Source: Deltaproteobacteria bacterium (GTDB lineage Bacteria; Desulfobacterota; DSM-4660; Desulfatiglandales; HGW-15). Taken from it: a stretch of DNA of 64,000 bases. The position numbers were made by a program, and so were the translations under genes. Below the pieces are notes generated by a model. It made no database searches. It was not told where the DNA came from and saw only the letters and a program-made list of their open reading frames with translations. Shown here piece by piece: positions 8,341 through 17,923 of the stretch (position 1 is its first letter; the number at the start of each line of letters is the position of its first letter). The stretch spans positions 16,785 through 80,784 of the forward strand of contig JAFDEE010000009.1 in the NCBI GenBank assembly GCA_019310525.1. The letters are read 5' to 3'.

Positions 8341-8372
8341 CTTCAAGAAAACCGGGGGAGTTAAGCGATCCA

Positions 8373-9632
8373 ATGGACAAGATACTCATAGAGGGAGGGA
8401 TCTCCCTCCACGGAACCGTACGGGTCAGCGGCGCGAAGAACGCGGCCCTCCCCGTCATCGCCGCCTGTATCCTGAGCGGCGGATGGCATCGGCTTCTCAA
8501 CATCCCCCGGCTGAGGGATATCAACACGATCAAACGGATTATGGCGGAGATGGGGGTCGAGTTCAAGGAAGAAGACGGCGCCCTTTGCGTGAATACCGAC
8601 AACATCCGGGAATGCGAGGCCTCTTACGACCTGGTGAAAACCATGAGGGCGTCGATCCTCTTGCTCGGCCCGCTCCTGGCCCGCCTGGGAAGGGCGAGAA
8701 TATCCATGCCGGGGGGCTGCGCCATAGGGGCCCGGCCTGTAAACCTCCATCTAAAGGCCCTGGAGGCCATGGGTGTAGAAATGTTCCTGGAGCACGGGTA
8801 CATCAACGCCAGGGTGGAGAAGCTCAAGGGGGCCAATATCCTCTTCGACATTCCCACCGTTACCGGGACCGAGAACATCATGATGGCCGCAGTCAAGGCA
8901 GAGGGGGAAAGCGTGTTGGAAAACGCCGCCAGGGAACCCGAGGTGCAGGACCTGGCCGATATGTTGCGGCGAATGGGTGCCCGGATCCAAGGAGACGGAA
9001 CCGACACCATCGTAATCCAGGGCGTGAAGGAATTGAAGCCGGTTGACAGCCACAGGATTATTCCGGACCGGATCGAGGCCGGCACCTTCATGATCGCCTC
9101 GGCATTGACGAAGGGGGATATCCTTATTGAAGGATGCCGCCAAGAACACCTGATGGCCGTCATGGAAAAACTTAGGGCGGTCGGAGCCGAAATCGAGGTT
9201 TTGAAAGAGGGGCTGCGGGTCAAGGGGCCCGAAACCATCGAGAGCGTGGATATCCGAACCATGCCCTTCCCCGGTTATCCGACTGATCTTCAGGCCCAGT
9301 TCATGGCCCTCATGTGCGTGGCCCGGGGATCCAGCATAATCAAGGAGACCATTTTCGAAAACAGGTTCATCCATGTGAGCGAATTGCGAAGGATGGGGGG
9401 GGACATTGAAATCAACGGCAACCAGGCCCTTGTAAGGGGCAGGAACCATCTTCTCGCAGCCCCTGTGATGGCGACCGATTTGCGGGCGAGTGCATCCCTT
9501 GTGCTGGCTGGTCTGGTTGCAAGGGGAGGGCGAACCGAGATCAACAGGATATACCATCTGGACCGGGGCTACGAGGCCCTGGAAAAGAAGTTCCAGAATC
9601 TAGGTGCCAGGATTTGGCGAGTAAGGGCCTGA
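8373..9632 (+). CDS. murA: UDP-N-acetylglucosamine 1-carboxyvinyltransferase
   Basis: MurA-typical [24 protein letters not shown] and the catalytic-loop Cys in [11 protein letters not shown]. 419 aa. Confidence 0.95.
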   Translation: MDKILIEGGISLHGTVRVSGAKNAALPVIAACILSGGWHRLLNIPRLRDINTIKRIMAEMGVEFKEEDGALCVNTDNIRECEASYDLVKTMRASILLLGPLLARLGRARISMPGGCAIGARPVNLHLKALEAMGVEMFLEHGYINARVEKLKGANILFDIPTVTGTENIMMAAVKAEGESVLENAAREPEVQDLADMLRRMGARIQGDGTDTIVIQGVKELKPVDSHRIIPDRIEAGTFMIASALTKGDILIEGCRQEHLMAVMEKLRAVGAEIEVLKEGLRVKGPETIESVDIRTMPFPGYPTDLQAQFMALMCVARGSSIIKETIFENRFIHVSELRRMGGDIEINGNQALVRGRNHLLAAPVMATDLRASASLVLAGLVARGGRTEINRIYHLDRGYEALEKKFQNLGARIWRVRA

Positions 9633-9633
9633 T

Positions 9634-12099
9634 ATGGCTCGACGTCCCCTGGTTCCGCTGCTGGCGGCCTTCCTCGGAGGAATTCTCACCGCCCACTCAT
9701 TCCCCGCCAAAGGCGATTTCACCACCCTTGCTGCAGCGGGGATCTTTACCATAACCCTGGCAGGCCTTCTCTTTCTGCGCTCTTCCCTGAAATTTCCCGC
9801 CTTCCTCGTGCTCTTCTATCTCGCGGGCATGATCCTGGATCTCCAACAGCACCGGGAATCCGTGCTTGCCGGCTTTGCGAAAGGCCGTCCAAGGATCATA
9901 CTGGAAGGCGTCGTCCTGGAACCTCCCAGGTGCGATGATAAAACATCGAAATTCCCCCTAATGGTCGAGCAGATTATTTTCCCCCGGACCACTCCGCTGA
10001 CCCTCCATGAAAAGGTTCTCGTCACCATTTACCGGGACCCTCCCGGCCTGGCCCCGGGGGACAGGATACGCTTTCCCGCCGGCCTGAGATCTTTCAGAAA
10101 TTTCAACAACCCGGGCGGATTCGATTATGTATCCTATATGGAAAATCGGGGTTTTGCCTGCAGCGCCTCGGTGAGCAACGGCCGATTCGTAGTCCCGATG
10201 GGCCGGGGATCGCTCGGATTCGTCGGGGACGTGGCCGAGTGGGCCCGAAGACCCCTCCGGGAATTTTTCCGGGCACACCTTCTCGAAGAACAACAAGTCC
10301 TTTTTCGGGCCCTCATCCTTGGGGAGCGTCAAGATCTTACCGCCGAGGTGCGGGAACCGTTCATTCGATCCGGCCTCGGACATGTCCTGGCGGTTTCCGG
10401 TCTCCATATCGGGCTGATCGCCTGGCTGTTTTTCAAGTTGACCATACGGGTTCTCTCTTTTTCCTATCGTCTCACCCTGAAATGGGATCTGCGCAGGGCC
10501 GCCGCCCTCATGACAGCGCTGCCTGTCATCCTGTACGGGGGCCTGGCCGGCTTCCAGGTCTCGGCCCAAAGGGCCATGATCATGGTCCTGGCCTATCTTT
10601 TTTCCCTGGTCATAAAGAGAGAAAAAGAGGTCTGGTCCACCTTGGCCCTGGCGGCTATGGTAGTCCTGGCCATCAATCCTCACGCCCTTTTCAGCATCTC
10701 TTTCCAGTTCTCCTTCGGGGCCGTCGTCGGTATCCTATGGCTGGGCCCCCGCCTCCATGAACGGCTGAACCCGTTCCAAGTGTCGGAAGGCAAGTCCCCG
10801 AAGATCCGGTCCTTTTTCGCCTCCATCTCTTTGCATTTCATCGGATTGACCGCCGTATCGATCGCCGCGACCCTTTTCCTGGCTCCCCTCACGGTTTTCT
10901 ATTTTCACCGGATCTCTCTTGTGGCGATCCCCGCGAATCTTACGGTGGTCCCTCTCCTGGGATTCTGGATCCTCCCCTCGGGCCTTCTGGCCGCTCTGTT
11001 TTTCCCCTTTCTGCCCTCCGTCTCCATCCTGTTCCTTGCACTCGCCTCCCGGGGAATAGATTGGGCAATGAGGATCACGGAATTCTGGGCACGATTTTCC
11101 TGGGCCGATCTTTGGGTCATCACCCCGAACCTCTTCGAATTGGCCGTCCTCTATGGCTTTCTGTTCTGCCTCTTTTCCATAAAAGGCCGGAAATGGGCAA
11201 AGGTAAGTCTTGTGGCCCTTGGGCTCCTCCTCGTGGCGGACGCTGGTTACTGGATCCACCGGACCCGTTTCAACCCGGACCTGAAGATCACCTTCCTTGA
11301 CGTCGGGCAGGGAAACGCCGCCCTGATCCAGTTTCCGGGAAAGGAAAGAATGCTCATCGACGGCGGTGGTTTTCCCAGGAGCTCTTTCAACATAGGGAAA
11401 ATGGTCCTGGCGCCTTTCCTGCTCCGCTCCAAGATCCGCCGGATCGATTACCTCGTTCTGAGTCATCCTCAATCGGATCACATGAACGGTTTGCGCTTCA
11501 TAGCCTCTCATTTCCACCCGCGGGAATTCTGGTACAACGGGGACCGGGTGAAAACCCCGTCCTTCGCCGAACTGATGGAAATCATCAGCAAAAGGAGAAT
11601 CCCTATAAGACTGCCCTCGGATCTCACAAGCCCCAGAAACATCTCCGGGGTACGGACAGAAATCCTCCACCCCGAACCCGAAGGCCAACAGAACCAAGCG
11701 TCCTTCCCCCCTTCGAGGGATCTGAACAACCGGTCCCTGGTCGTAAAACTGTCCTACGAAGGAATCTCCTGCCTGTTTCCAGGAGACATTGAGGAGGAGG
11801 GCGAGAAGGTGCTGGTTTCCCGCCGGGGATCCCGCCTTCGAAGCGATATTCTTCTCGTGCCCCACCACGGAAGCAGGGCTTCTTGCACCGATGGATTTCT
11901 CAGGGAGGTAAATCCCAGGGTCTGCGTCATTTCTTGTGGAAGCGGCAATTTTTTTGGTTTTCCACACCCCGAACTCCTCCGGAGACTGATGAGGGCGGGT
12001 TGCCGTATACTGCGAACCGACTGCTCCGGGGCCATCGTCCTTGAGACGGCCGGCGGCAGGATTCAGGCAATGCTTCAGAAGGGTATGGATGAGAAATGA
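9634..12099 (+). CDS. comEC: ComEC/Rec2 DNA internalisation channel protein
   Basis: N-terminal OB-like region, a polytopic competence domain, and a C-terminal metallo-beta-lactamase domain (LSHPQSDHMNG, VPHHGS). Starts 1 nt after the murA stop. Confidence 0.9.
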   Translation: MARRPLVPLLAAFLGGILTAHSFPAKGDFTTLAAAGIFTITLAGLLFLRSSLKFPAFLVLFYLAGMILDLQQHRESVLAGFAKGRPRIILEGVVLEPPRCDDKTSKFPLMVEQIIFPRTTPLTLHEKVLVTIYRDPPGLAPGDRIRFPAGLRSFRNFNNPGGFDYVSYMENRGFACSASVSNGRFVVPMGRGSLGFVGDVAEWARRPLREFFRAHLLEEQQVLFRALILGERQDLTAEVREPFIRSGLGHVLAVSGLHIGLIAWLFFKLTIRVLSFSYRLTLKWDLRRAAALMTALPVILYGGLAGFQVSAQRAMIMVLAYLFSLVIKREKEVWSTLALAAMVVLAINPHALFSISFQFSFGAVVGILWLGPRLHERLNPFQVSEGKSPKIRSFFASISLHFIGLTAVSIAATLFLAPLTVFYFHRISLVAIPANLTVVPLLGFWILPSGLLAALFFPFLPSVSILFLALASRGIDWAMRITEFWARFSWADLWVITPNLFELAVLYGFLFCLFSIKGRKWAKVSLVALGLLLVADAGYWIHRTRFNPDLKITFLDVGQGNAALIQFPGKERMLIDGGGFPRSSFNIGKMVLAPFLLRSKIRRIDYLVLSHPQSDHMNGLRFIASHFHPREFWYNGDRVKTPSFAELMEIISKRRIPIRLPSDLTSPRNISGVRTEILHPEPEGQQNQASFPPSRDLNNRSLVVKLSYEGISCLFPGDIEEEGEKVLVSRRGSRLRSDILLVPHHGSRASCTDGFLREVNPRVCVISCGSGNFFGFPHPELLRRLMRAGCRILRTDCSGAIVLETAGGRIQAMLQKGMDEK

Positions 12100-12136
12100 C
12101 AGGCAGCGCTTCGCAGGGGGAAGGGAAGAGGTGTGA

Positions 12137-12766
12137 TCACCTCTCGGGGGGCGGGCCACCCCCTTTCAAGCATTGAAGGTAATCAGTATAATCCTCCGGG
12201 GTGTCGATATCCAGATCCCGGTAATCAGCTCCCACCTCTACCAAGCAAATCCGGCCGGCGGACTTCCTGAAGAGTTCCCGGGCCCCCCGGTCTCCCGTGA
12301 GTCGGTGGAGTTCGGGAAAAAACCTTCGACCGATGATCACGGGATGGGACCACCTCTCACCGATGCGGACGGCCCCCAGGGATCTGGGGGAGGCGGAGTA
12401 GCCTTGGAGGAGCTTGTTGATGACACCTGCGGTGATATAAGGCATGTCCGCCAGGAGGATCATGACGTGGTCGGCCGTCTTTTCCGCCCTCTCTAAACCC
12501 GCCCGGATGGAGCTGCTGAGCCCCTCCCGCCAGCAAGGATTCTCAACGACCGTGATTTTGGGATGGTTCAAATCAGTGACCAGGCTTTTCTGAATGAGCC
12601 GGGCACGGTCCCCCAGTACCAGGAAAACGGAATGAAGATCCGAGAGGAGAGCCTCCCGCAACATTCGATCAAGCAGGAAGTCCCCTTCAACGGGGAGCAA
12701 TTGTTTGGGGTCTCCCATCCGACGGGAGCCCCCTGCAGCGAGGAGAAGACCTGCAACCTTTTTCAA
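12137..12766 (-). CDS. MobA/MocA-like nucleotidyltransferase (NTP_transf_3 family)
   Basis: N-terminal LLLAAGGSRRMG..K nucleotide-binding motif. The TTG start overlaps the iorB stop (TTGA). A downstream Met would delete the conserved motif. Confidence 0.78.
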   Translation of the reverse strand: MKKVAGLLLAAGGSRRMGDPKQLLPVEGDFLLDRMLREALLSDLHSVFLVLGDRARLIQKSLVTDLNHPKITVVENPCWREGLSSSIRAGLERAEKTADHVMILLADMPYITAGVINKLLQGYSASPRSLGAVRIGERWSHPVIIGRRFFPELHRLTGDRGARELFRKSAGRICLVEVGADYRDLDIDTPEDYTDYLQCLKGGGPPPER

Positions 12767-13332
12767 CGGCCCGCTTCCTCACGCCCCCGCCCGAGACCCC
12801 CGGCAAAGACCCTGAGATTGGTTTCCTTGAACCTATCGGGACTGATTCTTTCCACCGTTTGCCGTAATTCCTCTTCGCTTAAGGGATCTTCTTCGTAAGC
12901 CGCGAAATATCCCAGAAGGGCCAGGTTGGTGGATAGGGGGGCATTGCATTCCCCGGCGATGGCCGTGGCCGGAACTGCCCGGAAAAGGATTCCCTGCCTC
13001 TCCAGGTAATCCGTGACCTCTTTCCTGAGCCCTTTGCGGGGATCCGCATTGATATAGAGCCGGGCACCCGGCGAGAGAAAAGGAAGGTTGCGGTAACCCT
13101 CGATCTCGTCAAGGGCCAAAACGAAGTGGGCGGATCCGGTCCGGACCAGCGAACCTTTCACGTCCCCCAGCCTGAGGTGGGAAACGACGGATCCCCCCCG
13201 TTGAGCCATTCCATGGGTCTCGGCCCCCATGACCTTCAACCCCTTATGTAGTGCGCACTCCGCAAGCACCTTGGTCATGAAAAGGATGCCCTGGCCGCCC
13301 AAACCGCACAATACAAAATTTGTTCTATCCAT
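12763..13332 (-). CDS. iorB: Indolepyruvate:ferredoxin oxidoreductase subunit beta
   Basis: MDRTNFVLCGLGGQGILF is typical of the IorB/2-oxoacid oxidoreductase gamma-type subunit. The ATG at 13332 overlaps the iorA TAA by 1 nt. The track extension to 13494 was rejected. Confidence 0.85.
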   Translation of the reverse strand: MDRTNFVLCGLGGQGILFMTKVLAECALHKGLKVMGAETHGMAQRGGSVVSHLRLGDVKGSLVRTGSAHFVLALDEIEGYRNLPFLSPGARLYINADPRKGLRKEVTDYLERQGILFRAVPATAIAGECNAPLSTNLALLGYFAAYEEDPLSEEELRQTVERISPDRFKETNLRVFAGGLGRGREEAGR

Positions 13333-15197
13333 TACTGCTCCTTGACCTCCACGATAGCCCCCTTGGGGCAGACATCGAGACACACACCGCATCCGGAACA
13401 CAACTGATAGTTGATACTGGCGCGTCCCAGTTCCTCGTCGTGAAAAATGGCCGGGCACTCGAATCGCTCGATGCAAAGGTTGCATTCCACGCAATCCTCC
13501 GTGATCGCAACCTTCTTCGGCTCAGGGATCGCTTCTCCCCTGTAAGCGATAAGACAGGGATGCCTCGCAATGATGACCGCGATTCCCCCTTCGGGTTCCC
13601 GGATATAATCGGCCGCCTTTTTCAGGGTTTCCGTCGTGTGCTCCAGATCATAGGGATCCACCACCTGGATGAAATCCACGCCGCACCCGGCAACCACCCT
13701 CTCAAGGGGGATGGTTTTCCCTTCACTCCCATCCGCGCGGATTCCCAGGGCGGGAGTGGGCTGCATCCCTGTCATGGCGGTCGTTAGATTGTCGAGGATG
13801 ACGAGGATGAAGCGGGCCCCGTTATAAACGGCGTTGAGCAAACCCGCTGTCCCGGAATGGAAAAAGGTGGAGTCCCCTATGGTGGCGACGATCGGTTGAT
13901 CCACCTTGTCCTGGTTAAAGGCCTGGTAAAATCCTGACGCCATGGTAATGGCGGCACCCATATCCAGGCATGTGTCAACGGCGCCCAGGTTGAGACCCAG
14001 AGTGTAGCATCCGATGTCAGAGGTGAAGATGGCCTTGGGCCTGGTTTTCCTAATCGCGAAAAAGGAGGCCCGGTGGGGACATCCGGGGCATAGGGTGGGT
14101 CTTCGACCGGGAAGATCGAGGTTCTCCACGAGCTTGAGGGGTTCCGGGTCACCTCCGGCTTGAAGGAGAGGAAGCCCCGACTCTTCCAGGGCCCGGTTCA
14201 GGACCCCATGAACCACCTGAGGCACCAGTTCCCCCTCAAGGGGAACATGGCCCGAAAGGCGGCCCCAGACCTTCTCCCGATTTCCAATAAGGTATTCGAT
14301 GAGGGTGTCGGTCTCCTCGATCACGATGACCCTGTCGCATGCCTCGAGGAAAGGGGTGACCAGGCCTTCCGGGAAAGGATAAGGAGCTCCAAGTTTGAGC
14401 ACCGGGATATCCGGACGCCCTTCTTCATCCAATAGATCCCGTACAACGGCATAGGGCACCCCACCCGTGATAATTCCCAAGGGGTAATGCCGGCCCTCTT
14501 CCAGGGTATGAAAATTGACCTCCGAAAGGGTCTCGAACCGCTTCCCTATCTCCGCCAACTTCCCGTTCAACTCCGCGTGGAGCCGAAGTCGAAATTTGGG
14601 AGTGGCGGCCCACCTTGAAGGATCCTTTTCGAAATTCGCCTTCCGGTCGTTGTTTTCCAGGACCCCGTAAGTGATATCCTGCCTGGCGTGACAGACCCGT
14701 ATGGCGGGCCGCAGGATCACCGGGACCCGATACTCCTCGGACAGGGCCAGGCCCAGTCCGACCATCTCCCGGGCTTCCTGGGGATTCGATGGATCCAGGA
14801 CCGGCACCTTGGCAAAGCGGGCCATGAACCGGGTGTCCTGTTCCGTCTGGGAGGAATGGGGTCCGGGATCGTCGCAGGAAATAATGAGGAGTCCCCCCAC
14901 GGTGCCCTGGTAAGCCGCGCTCATCAAGGAATCGGCGGCCACGTTCAATCCCACCTGTTTCATGCAGCAAGCAGCCCGCTTTCCCGCGATGGAGGCTGCA
15001 AAGGCATTGTCCAGGGCCACTTTTTCGTTGGTGGACCATTCCACGTAAGTATTGAGGTCGAATTTTTTGACCAGCCTGACAACCTCAGGAAGGATCTCCG
15101 AACTGGGGGTTCCAGGGTAGGATGTCACGATCTGACAGCCGGATTCCACCAGTCCCAGGGCGATCGCGCCATTTCCTAAAAATATTTCACGGTTCAT
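13332..15197 (-). CDS. iorA: Indolepyruvate:ferredoxin oxidoreductase subunit alpha
   Basis: TPP motif GDSTFFHSG and two C-terminal 4Fe-4S motifs (CVECNLCIERFECP, CSGCGVCLDVCP). The start at 15197 (MNREIFLGNGAIALG) forms an ATGA overlap with the upstream small ORF. The extension to 15431 was rejected. Confidence 0.9.
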   Translation of the reverse strand: MNREIFLGNGAIALGLVESGCQIVTSYPGTPSSEILPEVVRLVKKFDLNTYVEWSTNEKVALDNAFAASIAGKRAACCMKQVGLNVAADSLMSAAYQGTVGGLLIISCDDPGPHSSQTEQDTRFMARFAKVPVLDPSNPQEAREMVGLGLALSEEYRVPVILRPAIRVCHARQDITYGVLENNDRKANFEKDPSRWAATPKFRLRLHAELNGKLAEIGKRFETLSEVNFHTLEEGRHYPLGIITGGVPYAVVRDLLDEEGRPDIPVLKLGAPYPFPEGLVTPFLEACDRVIVIEETDTLIEYLIGNREKVWGRLSGHVPLEGELVPQVVHGVLNRALEESGLPLLQAGGDPEPLKLVENLDLPGRRPTLCPGCPHRASFFAIRKTRPKAIFTSDIGCYTLGLNLGAVDTCLDMGAAITMASGFYQAFNQDKVDQPIVATIGDSTFFHSGTAGLLNAVYNGARFILVILDNLTTAMTGMQPTPALGIRADGSEGKTIPLERVVAGCGVDFIQVVDPYDLEHTTETLKKAADYIREPEGGIAVIIARHPCLIAYRGEAIPEPKKVAITEDCVECNLCIERFECPAIFHDEELGRASINYQLCSGCGVCLDVCPKGAIVEVKEQ

Positions 15198-15475
15198 AAG
15201 TTTTCTTCCCTTCTCCTCTTGGCCTCCTGGATCAATTCCACCAGGGAAAGCAGCTTCGCGTTCTTGGGTCTTTGAAAGGCCTTCTCCCACTGTTCGGGGC
15301 TCAGTTTTTCCTGGAAATATGCCTCCACAGCAAAATGGGGAAACCAGCAATCCAGGCTTTTGAAACATGGCAGCCCCTTGTTCTCGGAACGGCAGTAGGA
15401 GAAGGAGATCTGGTGTCCGAGCCGCGGACAACGGATCATGGTCTCTTCGCCGGGGGGGGTTTTTGAACTATTCAT
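15194..15475 (-). CDS. Small Cys-rich protein translationally coupled to iorA
   Basis: 93-aa ORF (MNSSKTPPGEETMIRCPRLGHQISFSYCRSENKGLPCFKSLDCW...). GAGG lies 6 nt upstream of the ATG at 15475. Its stop overlaps the iorA ATG. The first Met in the track (15505) lies inside the repeat terminus and was rejected. No family recognised. Confidence 0.55.
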   Translation of the reverse strand: MNSSKTPPGEETMIRCPRLGHQISFSYCRSENKGLPCFKSLDCWFPHFAVEAYFQEKLSPEQWEKAFQRPKNAKLLSLVELIQEAKRRREENL

Positions 15476-15497
15476 GTTCCGCCTCACCTTGTACCTG

Positions 15498-15669
15498 GTG
15501 CCCATCCATAAATGGCCAATTTCCGCAATCTCTGCGTCAGGCTCAAATTTTAATCCTCGAAATACTTCAATGTATTCCTGCGGTTAAAATTTTCGCCTTC
15601 CTTGACCTTGCACAAAAAATTTTCGCCTTCCTTGACCTTGCACAAATTTTCTCATTTATGGATGGACAC
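15498..15669 (-). mobile_element. Complete class-B MITE-like element (same core, different TIRs)
   Basis: Termini GTGCCCATCCATAAATGG (15498-15515) and CCATTTATGGATGGACAC (15652-15669) match at 17 of 18 positions as inverted repeats. Flanking direct repeat TACCTG(GT) at 15492 and 15670. The core is nearly identical to class-A copies. Confidence 0.8.
15586..15645 (+). repeat. Perfect 30-bp tandem duplication inside the element
   Basis: AAAATTTTCGCCTTCCTTGACCTTGCACAA occurs twice back to back (15586-15615 and 15616-15645). Confidence 0.95.
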
Positions 15670-15720
15670 TACCTGGTAAAATCGGGGGGAGATTATCCTA
15701 AATCAAGGTTGGAATCAAGG

Positions 15721-15757
15721 GAAAAATGCCCGCAGACCGGGCAGTTACCCGGTCTGC
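15721..15757 (-). terminator. Intrinsic terminator of the trpB2 gene
   Basis: Perfect 10-bp stem GCAGACCGGG (15732-15741) / CCCGGTCTGC (15748-15757) with loop CAGTTA. On the minus strand it is followed by GGGCATTTTTC. It lies 30 nt after the stop at 15788. Confidence 0.7.
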
Positions 15758-15787
15758 AGTGTATCTGGAAAAAACAATGGGAGGAGA

Positions 15788-17173
15788 TCAAATACCCGAG
15801 GGCTTGAACTGACGGGGTTTGGGCAAAGGCTCGATGTCGTTCAGGGCCCTGTGAACCTCCTCTTCCGGGAGGGCGTGATCTGCAAGCTTTCCATGGAGGT
15901 AAGCCTCGTAAGCGGCCATGTCCACCAGTCCGTGTCCACTCCAGTTGAACAGGATGACCTTCTCCTTTCCCTCCTCTTTTGCCTTGAGGGCCTCACGGAT
16001 AACCACCGCCACGGCGTGGTCCGTTTCAGGAGCGCTGATGAACCCTTCAGTCCTGGCCATGGTGATACCTGCCTGGAAGGTCTCCAGTTGGGGAACGGCC
16101 ACAGGCCGGATCAGACCGTCCAGAATGAGCTGGCTGACGATGGGAGCCATCCCATGATACCTCAGGCCTCCCGCATGGATCGGCTCGGGGACAAAGGTAT
16201 GACCCAGGGTGTGCATGGGGAGCAGGGGGGTCATCTGAACCGTGTCGCCGAAATCATAGGCAAAGGGTCCCTTGGTCATGGTGGGGCAGGAGGTCGGTTC
16301 CACGGCGATGATATCGATATCCTTCCCGTTGATCTTGTCCCTTACAAAGGGGAAACTCAATCCCGCAAAATTGCTTCCTCCTCCTGCACATCCGATAATC
16401 ACGTCCGGGTATTCCCCTATGAGCGCCATCTGCTTCAAGCATTCCTGGCCGTTGATAGTCTGATGCAGCATCACGTGGTTCAACACGCTCCCAAGTGAAT
16501 ATTTCGTCGACTCATCCATAACCGCCGCCTCTACGGCCTCGCTTATGGCGATTCCGAGGCTTCCCGGGGATTCGGGGTCTTCCTCCAGGATCTTCTGTCC
16601 CGCCTTGGTCTCAGGGCTGGGGCTGGGAACACAGTTGGCCCCCCAGGTCTCCATCATGACCCGCCGGTATGGTTTCTGATTGTAACTGATCTTGACCATG
16701 AAGACCTTGCATTCCAGGCCGAAAAAGACGCAGGCCATGGCAAGGGCGCTTCCCCACTGCCCGGCGCCCGTCTCTGTCGTGATCCTCTTGGTCCCCGAGA
16801 TCTTGTTGTAGTAAGCCTGGGGGACTGAGGTATTGGGTTTGTGGCTTCCGGCCGGGCTTACTCCTTCGTTCTTGAAATAGATCCTGGCAGGTGTCCCAAG
16901 GAACTTTTCAAGGTTCCGGGCCCTGTATAGGGGCGTGGGGCGCCATATCAGGTATTTTTCCAGCACCTCTTCGGGAATATCGATATAGGACGACTGGCTG
17001 ACCTCCTGTTCAATCAAGGGCATGGGGAAAATAGGGGCCAGATCGTCGGGTCCCAGGGGTTGCCCAGTGCCGGGGTGAAGAGGGGGTTCGAGGGGGGTAG
17101 GCATATCCGGAAGGATATTGTACCACTGCCGGGGCAATTCCGATTCTGGTAAAAACACCTTTTTCGTTTCCAT
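15788..17173 (-). CDS. TrpB-like PLP-dependent enzyme (tryptophan synthase beta, TrpB2 type)
   Basis: The long N-terminal extension ([23 protein letters not shown]) and PLP-lysine region SPAGSHKPN are typical of TrpB2. AGGAGG lies 4 nt upstream of the ATG. No trpA is adjacent. Confidence 0.9.
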   Translation of the reverse strand: METKKVFLPESELPRQWYNILPDMPTPLEPPLHPGTGQPLGPDDLAPIFPMPLIEQEVSQSSYIDIPEEVLEKYLIWRPTPLYRARNLEKFLGTPARIYFKNEGVSPAGSHKPNTSVPQAYYNKISGTKRITTETGAGQWGSALAMACVFFGLECKVFMVKISYNQKPYRRVMMETWGANCVPSPSPETKAGQKILEEDPESPGSLGIAISEAVEAAVMDESTKYSLGSVLNHVMLHQTINGQECLKQMALIGEYPDVIIGCAGGGSNFAGLSFPFVRDKINGKDIDIIAVEPTSCPTMTKGPFAYDFGDTVQMTPLLPMHTLGHTFVPEPIHAGGLRYHGMAPIVSQLILDGLIRPVAVPQLETFQAGITMARTEGFISAPETDHAVAVVIREALKAKEEGKEKVILFNWSGHGLVDMAAYEAYLHGKLADHALPEEEVHRALNDIEPLPKPRQFKPSGI

Positions 17174-17278
17174 GGCTCCTCCTTTCAGAAAGGGTTTCCG
17201 GGATGGCCCACGGAGAAAAACCCCAGAGGGCTCGCCTTATGGCCAAAGCCGTCCCTGATGGAACGAAATACCACGCTA

Positions 17279-17661
17279 CCGGGCGGACAAATTTTAATCC
17301 TTGAAGTCCTTAAAACTCCTATAGAATTTATCGCTTCAAGCAGGATCTGACATGTTCTCCTCGCTACATTCCCGCCAGAAAGCCGGCGGGCAGGCGCTCC
17401 GCCATCCATGGCTCCGCTCCCGCCAGACAGCGGCGGACAGGCACTGCGGATTTCGTCCCTTCATCTATCCTGACTCAGGGCCGAAATACGCCCGCTCCGG
17501 AGAAAATGTCAGCCCCTGCTTTCCGCTGCCTCCGGGAAATCTGAACCCTCGAAATACTTCAATGTATGGTGCCTCTGCCGCTTGGTATCCCAAAACGGGG
17601 CGTAGGCCTTACGGGCCGGAGGCTTGATCTTGAACAAAATAGAACGTTTTTCAAAGGTTTC
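17279..17661 (-). repeat. Degenerate composite repeat block ending in a class-A terminus
   Basis: The right end ACGTTTTTCAAAGGTTTC (17644-17661) is preceded by CTTGATCTTGAACAAAATAGA (subterminal match). Core fragments lie at 17289-17320 and 17541-17566. A 52-bp segment (17397-17448) is homologous to 24105-24165. No intact left TIR or TSD. Confidence 0.6.
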
Positions 17662-17859
17662 GACACCCTGAATCCTGAAAGTGACGAGGATCTTCTGGAG
17701 GACGAGAGGAAGATGTCACCAAGGGGTGAAGGAGCTGGAGCGGGGGAATTGGAGGCCTGAAATGTATCAATTTATTCAATAGTTATTGTATATGGGAGAG
17801 TGTGTCAAGCCCTTTGGTCGGCATCGGGCGTTTACCGCGGCAGGAGAGCCCTTCTCTCT

Positions 17860-17901
17860 CCCCGAAACCCGCACCGCCGGTCTGCTGGTGCGGATTCGGG
17901 G
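17860..17901. terminator. GC-rich hairpin downstream of the AdoMetDC-like gene (no U-tract)
   Basis: CCCCGAAACCCGCACC (17860-17875) pairs with GGTGCGGATTCGGGG (17887-17901) with one bulge. There is no T-run on either strand, so intrinsic-terminator function is uncertain. Confidence 0.3.
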
Positions 17902-17923
17902 AGTAAAGGGGGGGGTTCTGAAA

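Noticed and set aside
8156-9046. Mirror-image ORFs 8156-8605(-) and 8288-9046(+) sharing the peptide ...KSTQNVEEP...
   Set aside because: This is an artefact of translating both arms of the 29-bp palindrome. The plus ORF is out of frame with the clearly recognisable murA.
13332-15431. N-terminal extensions given by first-Met/alt-start ORF calls. Examples: iorA to 15431, iorB to 13494, MFS to 30028, CDF to 60178, cobD to 5243, pgpH to 33446, kinase to 22256.
   Set aside because: The extensions overlap upstream genes or repeats, lack RBSs and precede the conserved family N-termini. Internal starts with RBS or stop/start coupling were used instead.
17174-17290. Possible riboswitch or leader upstream of trpB2.
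   Set aside because: No match to any riboswitch class I can recognise by eye. The region grades into repeat-derived sequence. A covariance-model scan would be needed.
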